A DNA stretch of 64,000 nt from an uncultured bacterium. Its GTDB lineage: Bacteria > Zixibacteria > MSB-5A5 > CAIYYT01. Shown in pieces: positions 19,818 to 29,944 of the stretch. The first letter of the stretch is position 1; every line of letters begins with the position of its first letter. The stretch covers positions 704,001 to 768,000 of the forward strand of contig CAVSCK010000003.1 of the NCBI GenBank assembly GCA_963726455.1, in the 5' to 3' direction. Both the position numbers and the translations under genes were made by a program. The notes beneath the pieces are model-generated. The model was given only the letters and a program-made list of their open reading frames with translations, searched no databases and had not been told where the DNA came from.

Positions 19818-21590
19818 ATGCACAAATTAATATCGCTGGCAATTCTGCTTTGTTTCCTGGCGCCTGCCCTTACCGGCGCCAAACCGGCTGATGAATGGCT
19901 CACTTACTACGAGAAATCCAACTATCTCGAAACGCCTCGCTACGATGAGACGGCTGCATTCTGCAAGAGACTGGCCGATTTCTCGCCGATGGTCAAATTC
20001 ACTGACTTTGGCATCAGCCCCCAGGGGCGCAAGCTGCCGCTTTTGATCGTCGACAAGGACAAGGAATTCGATCCCAGGAAGGCGCATGATCGGGGTAAAG
20101 TCGTGCTGCTGGTTCAGGGTGGGATCCATGCCGGCGAGATCGAGGGCAAAGACGCCGGATTGACGTTGATTCGCGATATGATCGTGCGCGGCAAGTATGC
20201 GCAGGACTTGGATCACGTCGTCCTGTTGTTTATCCCGATCTTCAACGTCGACGGTCATGAGCGGTTCGGCCCTTACAATCGCATTAACCAGGACGGACCG
20301 GTCGAGATGGGATGGCGTACGACGGCACAGAATCTGAATCTCAATCGCGATTTCGTCAAAGCCGACGCTCCCGAAATGCGAAGCTGGCTCGGCTTATTCA
20401 ATCAGTGGCTCCCTGACTTCCTGATCGACATACACACTACTGACGGAGCCGACTTCCAGTATGTGATTACCTACACCTTGGAAACGAACAGCAACGTTGT
20501 CAAGCCGTTGGCCGAGTGGTGCGATGGCGTCTTTCTGCCCGAGCTGAATAAGAGAATGACAAAATCGGGTTTCCCGATGTCGCCTTATGTCGTGACGCGC
20601 AACGGCAATGATGTCACGAGCGGTCTGATGTCCTGGACGGCGACACCGCGTTTCTCCAACGGCTATGGCGCGGCGCAAAACCGCCCGTTTATGTTGATCG
20701 AGACGCACATGCTCAAGACCTATCGGCAGCGGGTCGAATCGAGCTACGAACTGGTGCGGAATGTCCTGGACTATCTCAATTCCAACGCGAATTCATTCAC
20801 GCGAATGATCGCAAAGGGCGACAGTCTGACGGCCGCCATGACTGGAAGTTACTATCCGCTCGGCTTCCGTCCAACGCGCGACAGCACGATGATCGACTTC
20901 CTCGGCGTGGACTTTCACTTTGAGCATTCGCCGATTTCCGACACTCAGACGATAGTCTGGGGCAAGAAGAAAGTAACGTACCATATTCCCTTCTTTGACA
21001 AGAATGCAATCTCCGATTCGGCGCTGACTCCCTACGCCTACATTATCCCGAAAGAATGGCAGGAGGAAATCAATCGGCTGACATTGCAGGGAATCAAGAT
21101 TGACTATCTCGCCCGCGACACTGAGTTGCTCGTCGACAGTTACAAATTCGATAGTCCCAGATGGAGCACCGAGCCGTTCGAGGGACGACATTCGTTGCGC
21201 GTCAAAACAACGCCTCTTGCCGAAAAGCGAATCTATCCGGCGGGAACGGCGGTCGTATTTCTCAACCAGCGGACAAATCGCCTTATCATCCACATGTTGG
21301 AACCGCGCGGCTCCGATTCATTTGTATCGTGGGGTTTCTTTGATGCGATATTGGAGCAGAAAGAGTACTCCGAAAATTACATTACGGAGAAAATGGCTCC
21401 CGCGATGCTGGCCAAAGATCCGGCGCTGAAAGCCGAGTTCGAAAGCAAGCTGGCGTCCGATACAACGTTTGCCAGGAGCCCCGATGCAAGATTGCAATTC
21501 TTTTATGAACGCTCGCCATACTGGGACAGACAGTTGAACGTCTATCCGGTTGGGAAATTGATGAACGCGGTGGGACTGCCGGTCAAGTAG
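19818..21590 (+). CDS. Secreted M14 zinc carboxypeptidase-family protein
   Basis: Signal peptide from MHKLIS (GAGGAG RBS); GIHAGE, NVDGHER, NLNRD, DIHTTDG. Confidence 0.9.
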   Translation: MHKLISLAILLCFLAPALTGAKPADEWLTYYEKSNYLETPRYDETAAFCKRLADFSPMVKFTDFGISPQGRKLPLLIVDKDKEFDPRKAHDRGKVVLLVQGGIHAGEIEGKDAGLTLIRDMIVRGKYAQDLDHVVLLFIPIFNVDGHERFGPYNRINQDGPVEMGWRTTAQNLNLNRDFVKADAPEMRSWLGLFNQWLPDFLIDIHTTDGADFQYVITYTLETNSNVVKPLAEWCDGVFLPELNKRMTKSGFPMSPYVVTRNGNDVTSGLMSWTATPRFSNGYGAAQNRPFMLIETHMLKTYRQRVESSYELVRNVLDYLNSNANSFTRMIAKGDSLTAAMTGSYYPLGFRPTRDSTMIDFLGVDFHFEHSPISDTQTIVWGKKKVTYHIPFFDKNAISDSALTPYAYIIPKEWQEEINRLTLQGIKIDYLARDTELLVDSYKFDSPRWSTEPFEGRHSLRVKTTPLAEKRIYPAGTAVVFLNQRTNRLIIHMLEPRGSDSFVSWGFFDAILEQKEYSENYITEKMAPAMLAKDPALKAEFESKLASDTTFARSPDARLQFFYERSPYWDRQLNVYPVGKLMNAVGLPVK

Positions 21591-21614
21591 CAGTCATCGC
21601 AATTGACAAAATGA

Positions 21615-21642
21615 AATGGCCGCCCCTGATGGAGCGGCCATT
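21615..21642 (+). terminator. Hairpin after the M14 peptidase gene
   Basis: AATGGCCGC...GCGGCCATT inverted repeat. Confidence 0.55.
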
Positions 21643-21687
21643 GATTTATCGTGCTGGTGGATTAGCTGATTACCTCAGCGGCATAAC

Positions 21688-21774
21688 CTACTGACAAATG
21701 TACTGCCAGAACACCGCCTCACAAGGTGCCGCTCCTCCTGAGAAGATGTAGCTGATCAGAAAGACCACATTCGG
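21688..21774 (-). pseudogene. Orphan half-dockerin-like fragment
   Basis: Translates as PNVVFLISYIFSGGAAPCEAVFWQYICQ*, with an in-frame stop upstream; resembles the C-terminus of the adjacent 21857-25024 protein. Confidence 0.6.
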
Positions 21775-21802
21775 CTATTCGGTGTTAGCAACCCCAAATA
21801 GC

Positions 21803-21828
21803 CAGACCGCCCCTTGCGGGGCGGTCTG
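21803..21828 (-). terminator. Hairpin after the large dockerin-bearing gene
   Basis: CAGACCGCCCC-TTGC-GGGGCGGTCTG perfect stem. Confidence 0.6.
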
Positions 21829-21856
21829 TGAGGGGAAGTAAGCCGTCCTTTGAGGT

Positions 21857-24800
21857 CTACTCCTTATGCGGTGGGCCGTACTGGTAGAACCAGTCTGCAC
21901 AACTGCAGGGGGCCGCACCACCGGAGAAAATATACTGGATCAGATACACGGCGTCCGAAATGTCCACGGAGCCATCGCAATTCGCATCTCCCGAGCAAAC
22001 CGCGTATGGTGTGGGAGCCGGACCGCCGGCAAAAATGTACTGGATCAAATAGACGGCATCGGAAATATCCAGCGCGCCGTCGCCATTGGCATCACCCGGA
22101 TAGCAATCACAGAAGGTGCAGCAGTGACCTATGTGCAGTGCAAAGATCGTGGCATCATTGAGATCGACGATGCCGTTGCAGTCATAATCGTTGCACGGAC
22201 CGCCGACAAAGTCGGGCTGCTTCACGCACAAGTCACCGTTGATGTCAAAGAAGCTCACCGGTACCGTACGTAAGAACTGACCGTTGACTATCAGTCCGGC
22301 CACGCATGGCCCGCACATCAACCCTCCGGCATCAACACTGAAGTAGTGGACACCGTTCCTGCAGGAATCCGGGAATACGCGCGGCCACGCCGGTTCCTCA
22401 TTCGGGCACGGTCTCGCCGGGCACTGGCTGAAATCAAGCCAGGTTCCGGTCAGGTCGCACACCAGGTTCCCGCAACTGTCTTTCTCCGTGACCGTGAATA
22501 TCGCATCCGATCTCGGGCATACCAGAATGCATGGGTCATTCGTGGTACTGTCACCGTACGCAGGACCCGGAGGACACGGTTTGGTTGGGCATACTACTGT
22601 CGCCCACTCGATCATCGTGTAGACAGGTAATCCCGGCTGAGGCGTCCCAATCAGAGGCGGTTCAATCGGCTGGTTCATCCGTTCGAATTGAATGATGTCC
22701 GCAAAGTTGTCCGGATAGTCGGTAATTTCCAGACCCAGCGGAATCGGCTGATTCGGGCACTGGAACAGGCGCGGCGCAACATTGTAGACGTCATGATTCA
22801 TTGTTCCGTGCGGACCCGACACAAACTGGGCGTCGTTGTGCACGATGGACGGATGCGCAGATCCAGCCGGCGGCTCACCCTCGGCATGATCGAAGTACGG
22901 ATCAGAGATGCAAATTCTGGTCGAGGTTGTGCAGACACCGGCAACCGTGACATAGTGTCCGCCGATGCGCGTGCAATACGGCGGATTGCCCGGAATTTCC
23001 TGCCAGAAACCCAGCAACAGAATCACATCCTGGCTGTGCAACACGCTATCACGTATTTGCTCGAACGTCGGCGCCGGGTGCTGCGAAATGATATACCGGG
23101 ACTGAAGGCCGGCGTTGGTGATCCACTGTTGCATGCCGAGCGCGAGCTGATGAATGTTGGTTCCGAAACCGCCCGGCAGGCAGTTCATCATCGGCGAGAG
23201 CATATTCACGTAATTGGGAACATTGCTCTGATCGTGATCATCCACCACCAGCGACGGACTTTGCAGCAGCGGATAATTGTCAATGACCGATGGCGGCGGA
23301 ATGGTGTTCGGCTCGAACTTGGAATCAAACCACCACAGGCAGTTGAGCGCGGCGAGCGGGCCGCAGAAACTCCAGCCGCCATTCCAACCTATCCAGCCGT
23401 TCTGCTTCTGGTCAAAATCAGGCATGCCGACTGGCGCATAATCAGGATATGGGAGCTTGTAGTATTCACAGGTCGATGGTGCCGGTTTCGGACACAGAAC
23501 CTCGGCGTTCTCTACGATAGCCCACATCGGCCCGGGCGGAGGTGGAAACGGACAGGTGGCCCCGCCGTTTTGATTATAGAAATCCGTGATGAATTGAGCG
23601 ACCGGATAGCCCGGCATGAACAAACATCCCTGATGCGGCTCGCACATCATCGGACCCATCGGTATCATATCCCAGATGTCATGGGATACAATTGCCGCAT
23701 CGTTGTGGGGAATGGCGGAAGGTGTGGCGTCGTAGTACGGATCAGAAAATGCAATTTTGCGATTGAGTGAGTCAATGCCCGCCACTGTGACATAGTGCCC
23801 ACCGATACGGCAGCAGTTGTTCGGATTGCCGTCGACCGAGACATAGAATCCGATCAGCAGTATCACATCCTGACTCCTCCGCACTTCATGTGCCAACAGA
23901 TCCCAGGTCAAACCCTGGCAATCATACTGCGTCAAGATGTAGTCGTTCTGCAATTGTCTCGATGCCAGCCACGCCAGAATACCGTTGTGCATATCGACGA
24001 TGTTGGTTCCCGGCGCGGTGATATTCGTGTTGAAGGCAGTTCCGAGCGCATTGATAAACGGAACGGGGTTCAGAGGATCATGGTCATCCCATAGCGGAGG
24101 CATTGTGGCGTAGGTTTGAACCAGCGGATATCCGTCATTGTAGGTTGGTGGTGGCACGGGATTAGGTTCAAACTTGGAATCGAACCACCAGAAGCAGTTG
24201 GCGACCGCCGTCGGGCCGCAATAGCCGTGGTCGATCAGTCCGTCAGGGGGAATACTGAAATCCTGTTTCTGATCGAAATCCGGCATACCATTTGGGCAAT
24301 AGTCAACATATCCCGGTTTGTAATAGAAACTCTGCGGACACGCCTGCGATACCGTTTCACCGGCAACCGATAAAATAGGGTTACCCGGTACCGGCGGATT
24401 CCAGAGGTCGTACCATTCGACCCATTGACCGGTCATATAGAACCAGTTCACGCAGGTATCGGCCGTGGCGTTGTCAAACAGTATCGACGGAAATGGTCCG
24501 GCACCGGCATCGGTATATTCGAGACCAACATAGAAAGGTCCGTTAACGCAGCAGGGCGCAGGAAAAGTCGCCGTTCCCACTGCCGGATAGCCAAATTCTG
24601 CTTGACCGCAGGTTACGGTAAAGCGAGAGAGTTCCGTTCCCGGCCCTCCGCATACGTTTCCAGCCGTGGACATTCCGTAAACTACGACGTCCATCGTAAC
24701 CGGCCAGACCGCGCCTGTGAATCCGTAGAGCGTGAAGCTCAGACTGTTCAACTGCAGCGGATATTGTGGAGCCGCGCAGAGCACGCTCGGGTCAAGATAA

Positions 24801-25024
24801 GTGACATTCCGCATCCCGGCTCCATAGGCGCTGTAATAGCCGGCCGGAGTGCCATTGGTGCGGGTCAAACTGCATGCCGCTCTTGGAGCGGGAAAATTCA
24901 GCGTTTGAACATCCTGAGGGGAAAGGTACTCGGCTTGTTGTTTTGTAGTAGTTGCGAATGCCAGCACTGCACACAGCATGAGCACTGACACCCCTACCCA
25001 AACCCTTAGCAACTTCGTCCGCAT
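21857..25024 (-). CDS. Large secreted protein with two tandem C39/papain-like peptidase domains and C-terminal dockerin-like domain
   Basis: Signal peptide MRTKLL after GGAGGT; duplicated GMPDFDQKQ...CGP.A..NC.WWFDSKFEP...GGHYVTVAG...SDPY; two [19 protein letters not shown] repeats. Confidence 0.8.
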   Translation of the reverse strand: MRTKLLRVWVGVSVLMLCAVLAFATTTKQQAEYLSPQDVQTLNFPAPRAACSLTRTNGTPAGYYSAYGAGMRNVTYLDPSVLCAAPQYPLQLNSLSFTLYGFTGAVWPVTMDVVVYGMSTAGNVCGGPGTELSRFTVTCGQAEFGYPAVGTATFPAPCCVNGPFYVGLEYTDAGAGPFPSILFDNATADTCVNWFYMTGQWVEWYDLWNPPVPGNPILSVAGETVSQACPQSFYYKPGYVDYCPNGMPDFDQKQDFSIPPDGLIDHGYCGPTAVANCFWWFDSKFEPNPVPPPTYNDGYPLVQTYATMPPLWDDHDPLNPVPFINALGTAFNTNITAPGTNIVDMHNGILAWLASRQLQNDYILTQYDCQGLTWDLLAHEVRRSQDVILLIGFYVSVDGNPNNCCRIGGHYVTVAGIDSLNRKIAFSDPYYDATPSAIPHNDAAIVSHDIWDMIPMGPMMCEPHQGCLFMPGYPVAQFITDFYNQNGGATCPFPPPPGPMWAIVENAEVLCPKPAPSTCEYYKLPYPDYAPVGMPDFDQKQNGWIGWNGGWSFCGPLAALNCLWWFDSKFEPNTIPPPSVIDNYPLLQSPSLVVDDHDQSNVPNYVNMLSPMMNCLPGGFGTNIHQLALGMQQWITNAGLQSRYIISQHPAPTFEQIRDSVLHSQDVILLLGFWQEIPGNPPYCTRIGGHYVTVAGVCTTSTRICISDPYFDHAEGEPPAGSAHPSIVHNDAQFVSGPHGTMNHDVYNVAPRLFQCPNQPIPLGLEITDYPDNFADIIQFERMNQPIEPPLIGTPQPGLPVYTMIEWATVVCPTKPCPPGPAYGDSTTNDPCILVCPRSDAIFTVTEKDSCGNLVCDLTGTWLDFSQCPARPCPNEEPAWPRVFPDSCRNGVHYFSVDAGGLMCGPCVAGLIVNGQFLRTVPVSFFDINGDLCVKQPDFVGGPCNDYDCNGIVDLNDATIFALHIGHCCTFCDCYPGDANGDGALDISDAVYLIQYIFAGGPAPTPYAVCSGDANCDGSVDISDAVYLIQYIFSGGAAPCSCADWFYQYGPPHKE

Positions 25025-25373
25025 AAGCCTACCTCCTTGCAGACACAAAGTATGAGTTTTTGAACTGGCGAAATGACCTCGCCAGTAGACTTATTTGATT
25101 TTTCTGACCGCTATAGGAATGCTCGGGGGTTCCTGCCCGAATCCATCTACAATGTCGCGTTCCACGTCCGATTTGTCAAGTGGAAAAGTGTACCTCCGGC
25201 ACCACATCTTGAGCACATGAGTTTGAGTTGTGGACGCCAAAGTCTCCGATTGCACGACGAATACTTGACGGCTCGGACTCGTCGCGGTCGTTCGATATGA
25301 TGTCGAATATCCCCGGCGATAGCTGAGGCATTCACAGATAACTTATTGCTACACAGTATATTTCAAATAATAC

Positions 25374-25402
25374 TTGCATTTTCCGATCGGATTTATTATA
25401 GT
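25374..25402 (+). promoter_or_regulatory. Sigma70 promoter with a palindrome in the spacer (candidate Rrf2 operator)
   Basis: TTGCAT-N17-TATAGT containing TCCGATCGGA at 25382-25391. Confidence 0.6.
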
Positions 25403-25448
25403 TGAGTCAAAGATTCTGCGTGAATCTCCGTATTTACACCGGTAGTAT

Positions 25449-25883
25449 ATGATATCAAATAAGTCATACTATGGAATCAGCGCCTTGGTTTACCTCGCGC
25501 TCAACGCTCGCGGCGGACACGTCGGTGTCAAAGACATCGCGACAAATCAGAATATCCCGTTAAGGTTTTTGGAATTGATCTTTTCGCGCCTGAAGGCATC
25601 CGAGATTGTTACCTCGGTTCGCGGCGCCGGTGGCGGTTACTATCTTGCCAAGCCCCCCGAGCAAATCACGCTGGCGGATGTGATATTCGCCTGTGAGGGC
25701 GCCTCGGAATTCGCGGTGCCGGCTGCGCTGGCGGAGCGGATGAACAACGGCGATCCCATCGGTCAGACATTGGTCAAGATCATTAACATGCAACTGGAGA
25801 ATCTTCAGCTCGGACTGCGTTCCGTGACCTTATCGGATGTTATTCAATCAGCAGGTTTGTCATCAGAAATGTACTGGATTTGA
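25449..25883 (+). CDS. Rrf2-family regulator, CymR-like
   Basis: IATNQNIPLRFLELI, SVRGAGGGYYLAKPPEQITL; no three-Cys Fe-S motif; ends MYWI; directly upstream of cysK. Confidence 0.9.
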   Translation: MISNKSYYGISALVYLALNARGGHVGVKDIATNQNIPLRFLELIFSRLKASEIVTSVRGAGGGYYLAKPPEQITLADVIFACEGASEFAVPAALAERMNNGDPIGQTLVKIINMQLENLQLGLRSVTLSDVIQSAGLSSEMYWI

Positions 25884-25907
25884 GGGGCTGAACAGAGGAG
25901 TGCTACC

Positions 25908-26843
25908 ATGAGAATCGCGAACAGCATTACCGATCTGATCGGTAAGACACCACTGGTCTACTTAGACCGCGCGACCGGCACGCTGCCGGGACGAGTTGCC
26001 GCCAAGCTGGAATCGTTCAACCCATGTTCATCGGTGAAAGACCGCATCGGGTTGGCGATGATCGAGGCCGCCGAGCATGAGGGCAAGATTCATAAGAATA
26101 CCATCATTGTCGAGCCGACATCGGGCAATACCGGTATTGCGCTGGCCTTTGTGTGTGCGATCAAGGGATACCGCTTGGTGCTGTTTATGCCCGAAACCAT
26201 GTCGGTTGAACGGCGCAATCTGCTAAAGGCATTTGGCGCTGAGCTCGTGTTGACTCCGGGACCCGAGGGAATGCCAGGAGCCGTCAAGCGCGCTGAAGAG
26301 CTGGTCGCGAGCGATTCGAAGTATTTCATGCCTCAGCAATTCAATAATCCCGCAAATCCCGCTATACATGCGAAAACTACTGCGGAAGAGATCTGGAACG
26401 ATACCGAAGGCAAGGTCGACGTCATTGTGTCCGGCATCGGTACCGGCGGAACCTTCACCGGTTGCGCTCAGGTATTAAAGCCGCGCAAACCGGGCCTCAA
26501 GATGATCGCCGTCGAACCGGCTGCTTCGCCGTTTCTCTCGAAGGGTACACGCGGCCCGCATCCGATTCAGGGAATCGGCGCCGGATTTAAACCCGACATT
26601 TTTGCGCAGGAATTGGCGGACGAAATCCTCACGGTCGAAAATGAGGAAGCCATCCAGATGACGCGTAAAGTCGTGCGCAGTGAGGGCATGCTAATCGGCA
26701 TTTCTTCCGGAGCAAATGTGGCGGCCGCAATGAAGGTGGCTTCGCGCCCGGAAAGCAAGGGCAAGCTGATCGTGACCTTCGTCTGCGATACTGGCGAACG
26801 CTATTTGTCGACGCCGACGTACACCGAACTGTCCTCCAACTGA
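25908..26843 (+). CDS. cysK: Cysteine synthase A (O-acetylserine sulfhydrylase)
   Basis: SVKDRIG (PLP lysine), [40 protein letters not shown]. Confidence 0.97.
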   Translation: MRIANSITDLIGKTPLVYLDRATGTLPGRVAAKLESFNPCSSVKDRIGLAMIEAAEHEGKIHKNTIIVEPTSGNTGIALAFVCAIKGYRLVLFMPETMSVERRNLLKAFGAELVLTPGPEGMPGAVKRAEELVASDSKYFMPQQFNNPANPAIHAKTTAEEIWNDTEGKVDVIVSGIGTGGTFTGCAQVLKPRKPGLKMIAVEPAASPFLSKGTRGPHPIQGIGAGFKPDIFAQELADEILTVENEEAIQMTRKVVRSEGMLIGISSGANVAAAMKVASRPESKGKLIVTFVCDTGERYLSTPTYTELSSN

Positions 26844-26964
26844 AACACTTGTTTCACAATTTGTTTCAGACTTTGAACCACGGCTATTCCTGACGGTGCA
26901 CGAACTGTCCCGCACTGCCATAGACCCTGTTGGCCTGCATGTGCTTGTATTTTTTTTCGCAAGA

Positions 26965-26979
26965 CGGCACAGCCATTGC
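26965..26979 (+). promoter_or_regulatory. Candidate sigma54 -24/-12 promoter
   Basis: CGGCAC-AGCCA-TTGC (GG-N10-GC); TGAAACA/TGTTTCA repeats at 26841-26868 lie at enhancer distance upstream. Confidence 0.55.
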
Positions 26980-26990
26980 GTAAGAAATAG

Positions 26991-27105
26991 GCAAGACCAA
27001 AAAGGGTGGCGCAAAAACGGGCAACTGCATCGGGGCTAGCAAAGAGGGGAAGATCAAGTCCGTCCGTGTCAGAACTAGTTGGGGAGTTCTGACACGGTTT
27101 TTTTT
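26991..27105 (+). ncRNA. Candidate ~115-nt small RNA
   Basis: Lies between the sigma54-like promoter and a strong terminator; no credible ORF; repeated A-tract/G-tract motifs. Confidence 0.45.
27064..27105 (+). terminator. Strong intrinsic terminator
   Basis: CCGTGTCAGAACT-N8-AGTTCTGACACGG (13-bp perfect stem) followed by T8. Confidence 0.85.
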
Positions 27106-27218
27106 GCCTGCAACATTCTGACAAGAAGGCGCCGGCCTGTTGTCAGCAATCTGCTGCGATCCCGCCAGAATTCATGATTCTCGCAGGCTGATCTTCGTCA
27201 ATAGTTGGCCCATAAATC

Positions 27219-27251
27219 ACGAAGCCCCGCCTGTGCCGGACGGGGCTTCGT
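27219..27251 (-). terminator. Hairpin after the S8 protease gene
   Basis: ACGAAGCCCCG...CGGGGCTTCGT inverted repeat. Confidence 0.6.
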
Positions 27252-27298
27252 TGTTGTAAGACGTTCGCTGCGTGATGCAGCAGGTTGTCAAGAGGGGT

Positions 27299-29944
27299 TT
27301 ACTTCATCAACAGCATCTTTCTGGTGTCGACGATTCCGCCCGAAGTCATCCGATAGAAATAGACTCCCGAGGCAACCGCAGTACCGTTGGCATCTCTGCC
27401 GTCCCAGACAGCACTGTGCTGACCGGCAGACTGATACTCGTCGACCAGCGTTCTGATCTGCTGGCCAAGCAAGTTGATCACCACCAATTCCACATCGGCG
27501 GAATTCACCAACGAGTAGCTGATAGTCGTCGTCGGGTTGAACGGGTTCGGATAGTTCTGATTCAACTCGAACTGCGACGGCACCGGCGCGGTCTTGGCCA
27601 TCGGCTCCGAGGAAATGACTGCGTCGTCACCGGCGAATGACAGCGCCACGGTCGAACTCACGCAGAAATCATCGAAATCGCTATTTGAATTGTTGTATCC
27701 GCAGCCAACCTGTCCGGCGCGAACCGCGGCGAACTTGTACGTCTTCACCGAGGTGGTTCCGACCTTGGCGGTAACATTACCGTCTGCAGCGGCAACCACA
27801 GTTACGGCATACCAAGTACCGGAACTAAACGAGTAACTCGCGTAACCTCTGGTATAGTTCGTGCCGCTGGTTCTCTCAATGATGTTCACGCGATTGGAAA
27901 CGTCATCGAACTCGACCATGCGATAGTTGCTGGCATCGGTATATCCGAAAATGATGCGCGCCTTGCGCTGCGTGCGACCGGTGTTCATGCGCACGTCGGC
28001 GTTGATGGTGGCTGTCGTGAAGGAGCCAAACGGTGACGTCGTCTTGGCATTAGACGTTGTCGAGTTACCCTTCATATAGCCACCGGTCGCGGTCCAGGTG
28101 CCGGTCTTGTTCAGCCAGTTGGTGATGTTGCCATCGGCAAAATCATCACACTGTTGAGCCGGCGGAGTGGTGACCGTAATGTAGCCGGTCTTGGTCAAGG
28201 TGTTGGAACCATAGGCATTGGTCGCCGTCAGCGCGACTGTGTACGTTCCGGCAGTTGTGTAAATGTAGGACGGATTCTGCGCGGTCGAAGTGCCACCGTC
28301 GCCGAAAGTCCAACTCCAGCTTGTCGGAGTATTAGTCGACTGATCGGTGAAGGCCACGGTCAACGGCGCATTGCCCGACAATGGCGTGCCCGTAAAGGCC
28401 GCCACCGGCGGGTTCGTGTTCGGCGCCGACACAGTGATATAACCAGTCTTCGTAAGCGTGTTCGAACCGTATGCGTTGGTCGCGGTCAGAGCGACAGTGT
28501 AGGTACCGGCGGTGGTGTAAGTGTACGACGGATTCTTCAGAGTCGAGGTGCCACCGTCGCCAAAGGTCCAGGACCAACTGGTCGGAGTGTTAGTGGACGC
28601 ATCCGTGAAAGCGACTGTCAGTGGCGCAATGCCCGAAAGCGGAGTGCCAGAGAATGCTGCGACCGGCGGATTGTTTCCAATCGTCGCCAGCGCGGCGGCC
28701 GGGTTGACCAGGCCGTAACCGTAATACTGGTCCCAGCCCGCGGCGCCGAGATCCGTTGCCGTATTTTGCAGCGCAGCTCTGACGGCATCAGGGGTCATGC
28801 TGCCACCCGCTTTGGCAATTAACAATGCTGCCGCACCGGCCACGTGCGGGCAGGCCATGGACGTTCCGTCCATGAAGTAGTAACCGAAAGTAGTGTAGTT
28901 GACGCCATCATGCGTTTGCTGCAGCACGCCGTCAACGTATCCGTCACCGTTCTGGTCGACGGCCACATCTCCGCCGGGGGCGCAGATGTCGATTGTCGAG
29001 CCGTAGCTGGTGTACCACGTATAGGTACGATCGTAGCGAACGGCCGATACCGAGATGCACTGCGTATACGCTGCCGGATACTGGGCAGCAGAAGTTCCGG
29101 CATTACCGGCCGCGCAAACGATCGTAACGCCCGCGTTGTAAGCATAGATCACGGCGTTTTGCAGGGTCGATGAGCCCGCCGCACCGCCGAGACTCATGTT
29201 GATCACCTTCGCGCCGTTGTCGGCAGCATAGGTGATACCATTGGCAATGGCAGTATAAGTGCCCGAACCGGCTGAGTTCAGCACCTTCACCGGCATGATG
29301 CTGCAGTCGAAGGCCACGCCGGTCACGCCGAGACTGTTGTTAGTGGTCTGCGCAATGGTACCGGTAACGTGTGTGCCGTGACCGCAGTCATCGTTCGGAT
29401 GGCTGTCATTATTCACGAAATCATATCCGGGAACAAAATGGGTGCCGGCCAAATCCGGCGCCTGTGCGAACGAGCCATAGTTTTCGTAGGCCACGCCGCA
29501 GTCGATCACTGCAACCACGACGCCGGTGCCGGTCGATTGATCCCACGCCGCCGGCATGTTAATCAGCGGCATGTGCCACTGATAGACGTAGTATGGATCA
29601 TTCGGAGTCATGAACGCATAAGCGATGTAGTTTGGCTCAGCATATTCTACATCGGGCCGGGCTTTGAAAGCGGCGACCATATCTTCGACTGTCTTGCCCG
29701 CAGGGACTCCGAGCTGATTGAATCCCAACTGGGCATTAGTCGAAATCAATTTCGTGCCGAGCTCAGTAATAGCAGAATTCACCTGCGCCTTACTTACACC
29801 GTCTTTGAATTTCACAACAACTTCGCCTGGAGCGTACTCCTGGCTCATCGTGGTGACGCAGGACTTACCGATCTGGAATTTCTCAGCGGCGGGGGCAATA
29901 CTGAACAATGCAAACAGTAGAATTATCGTAGTAAATACTCTCAT
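27299..29944 (-). CDS. Secreted S8 subtilase with two PKD domains and FlgD-Ig/T9SS-like C-terminal domain
   Basis: VAVIDCG, HGTHVTG, AAGN, GTSMACPHVAG; two SWSWTFGDG PKD repeats; C-terminal LNQNYPNPFNPTTTI...YFYRM...KMLLMK. Confidence 0.93.
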   Translation of the reverse strand: MRVFTTIILLFALFSIAPAAEKFQIGKSCVTTMSQEYAPGEVVVKFKDGVSKAQVNSAITELGTKLISTNAQLGFNQLGVPAGKTVEDMVAAFKARPDVEYAEPNYIAYAFMTPNDPYYVYQWHMPLINMPAAWDQSTGTGVVVAVIDCGVAYENYGSFAQAPDLAGTHFVPGYDFVNNDSHPNDDCGHGTHVTGTIAQTTNNSLGVTGVAFDCSIMPVKVLNSAGSGTYTAIANGITYAADNGAKVINMSLGGAAGSSTLQNAVIYAYNAGVTIVCAAGNAGTSAAQYPAAYTQCISVSAVRYDRTYTWYTSYGSTIDICAPGGDVAVDQNGDGYVDGVLQQTHDGVNYTTFGYYFMDGTSMACPHVAGAAALLIAKAGGSMTPDAVRAALQNTATDLGAAGWDQYYGYGLVNPAAALATIGNNPPVAAFSGTPLSGIAPLTVAFTDASTNTPTSWSWTFGDGGTSTLKNPSYTYTTAGTYTVALTATNAYGSNTLTKTGYITVSAPNTNPPVAAFTGTPLSGNAPLTVAFTDQSTNTPTSWSWTFGDGGTSTAQNPSYIYTTAGTYTVALTATNAYGSNTLTKTGYITVTTPPAQQCDDFADGNITNWLNKTGTWTATGGYMKGNSTTSNAKTTSPFGSFTTATINADVRMNTGRTQRKARIIFGYTDASNYRMVEFDDVSNRVNIIERTSGTNYTRGYASYSFSSGTWYAVTVVAAADGNVTAKVGTTSVKTYKFAAVRAGQVGCGYNNSNSDFDDFCVSSTVALSFAGDDAVISSEPMAKTAPVPSQFELNQNYPNPFNPTTTISYSLVNSADVELVVINLLGQQIRTLVDEYQSAGQHSAVWDGRDANGTAVASGVYFYRMTSGGIVDTRKMLLMK

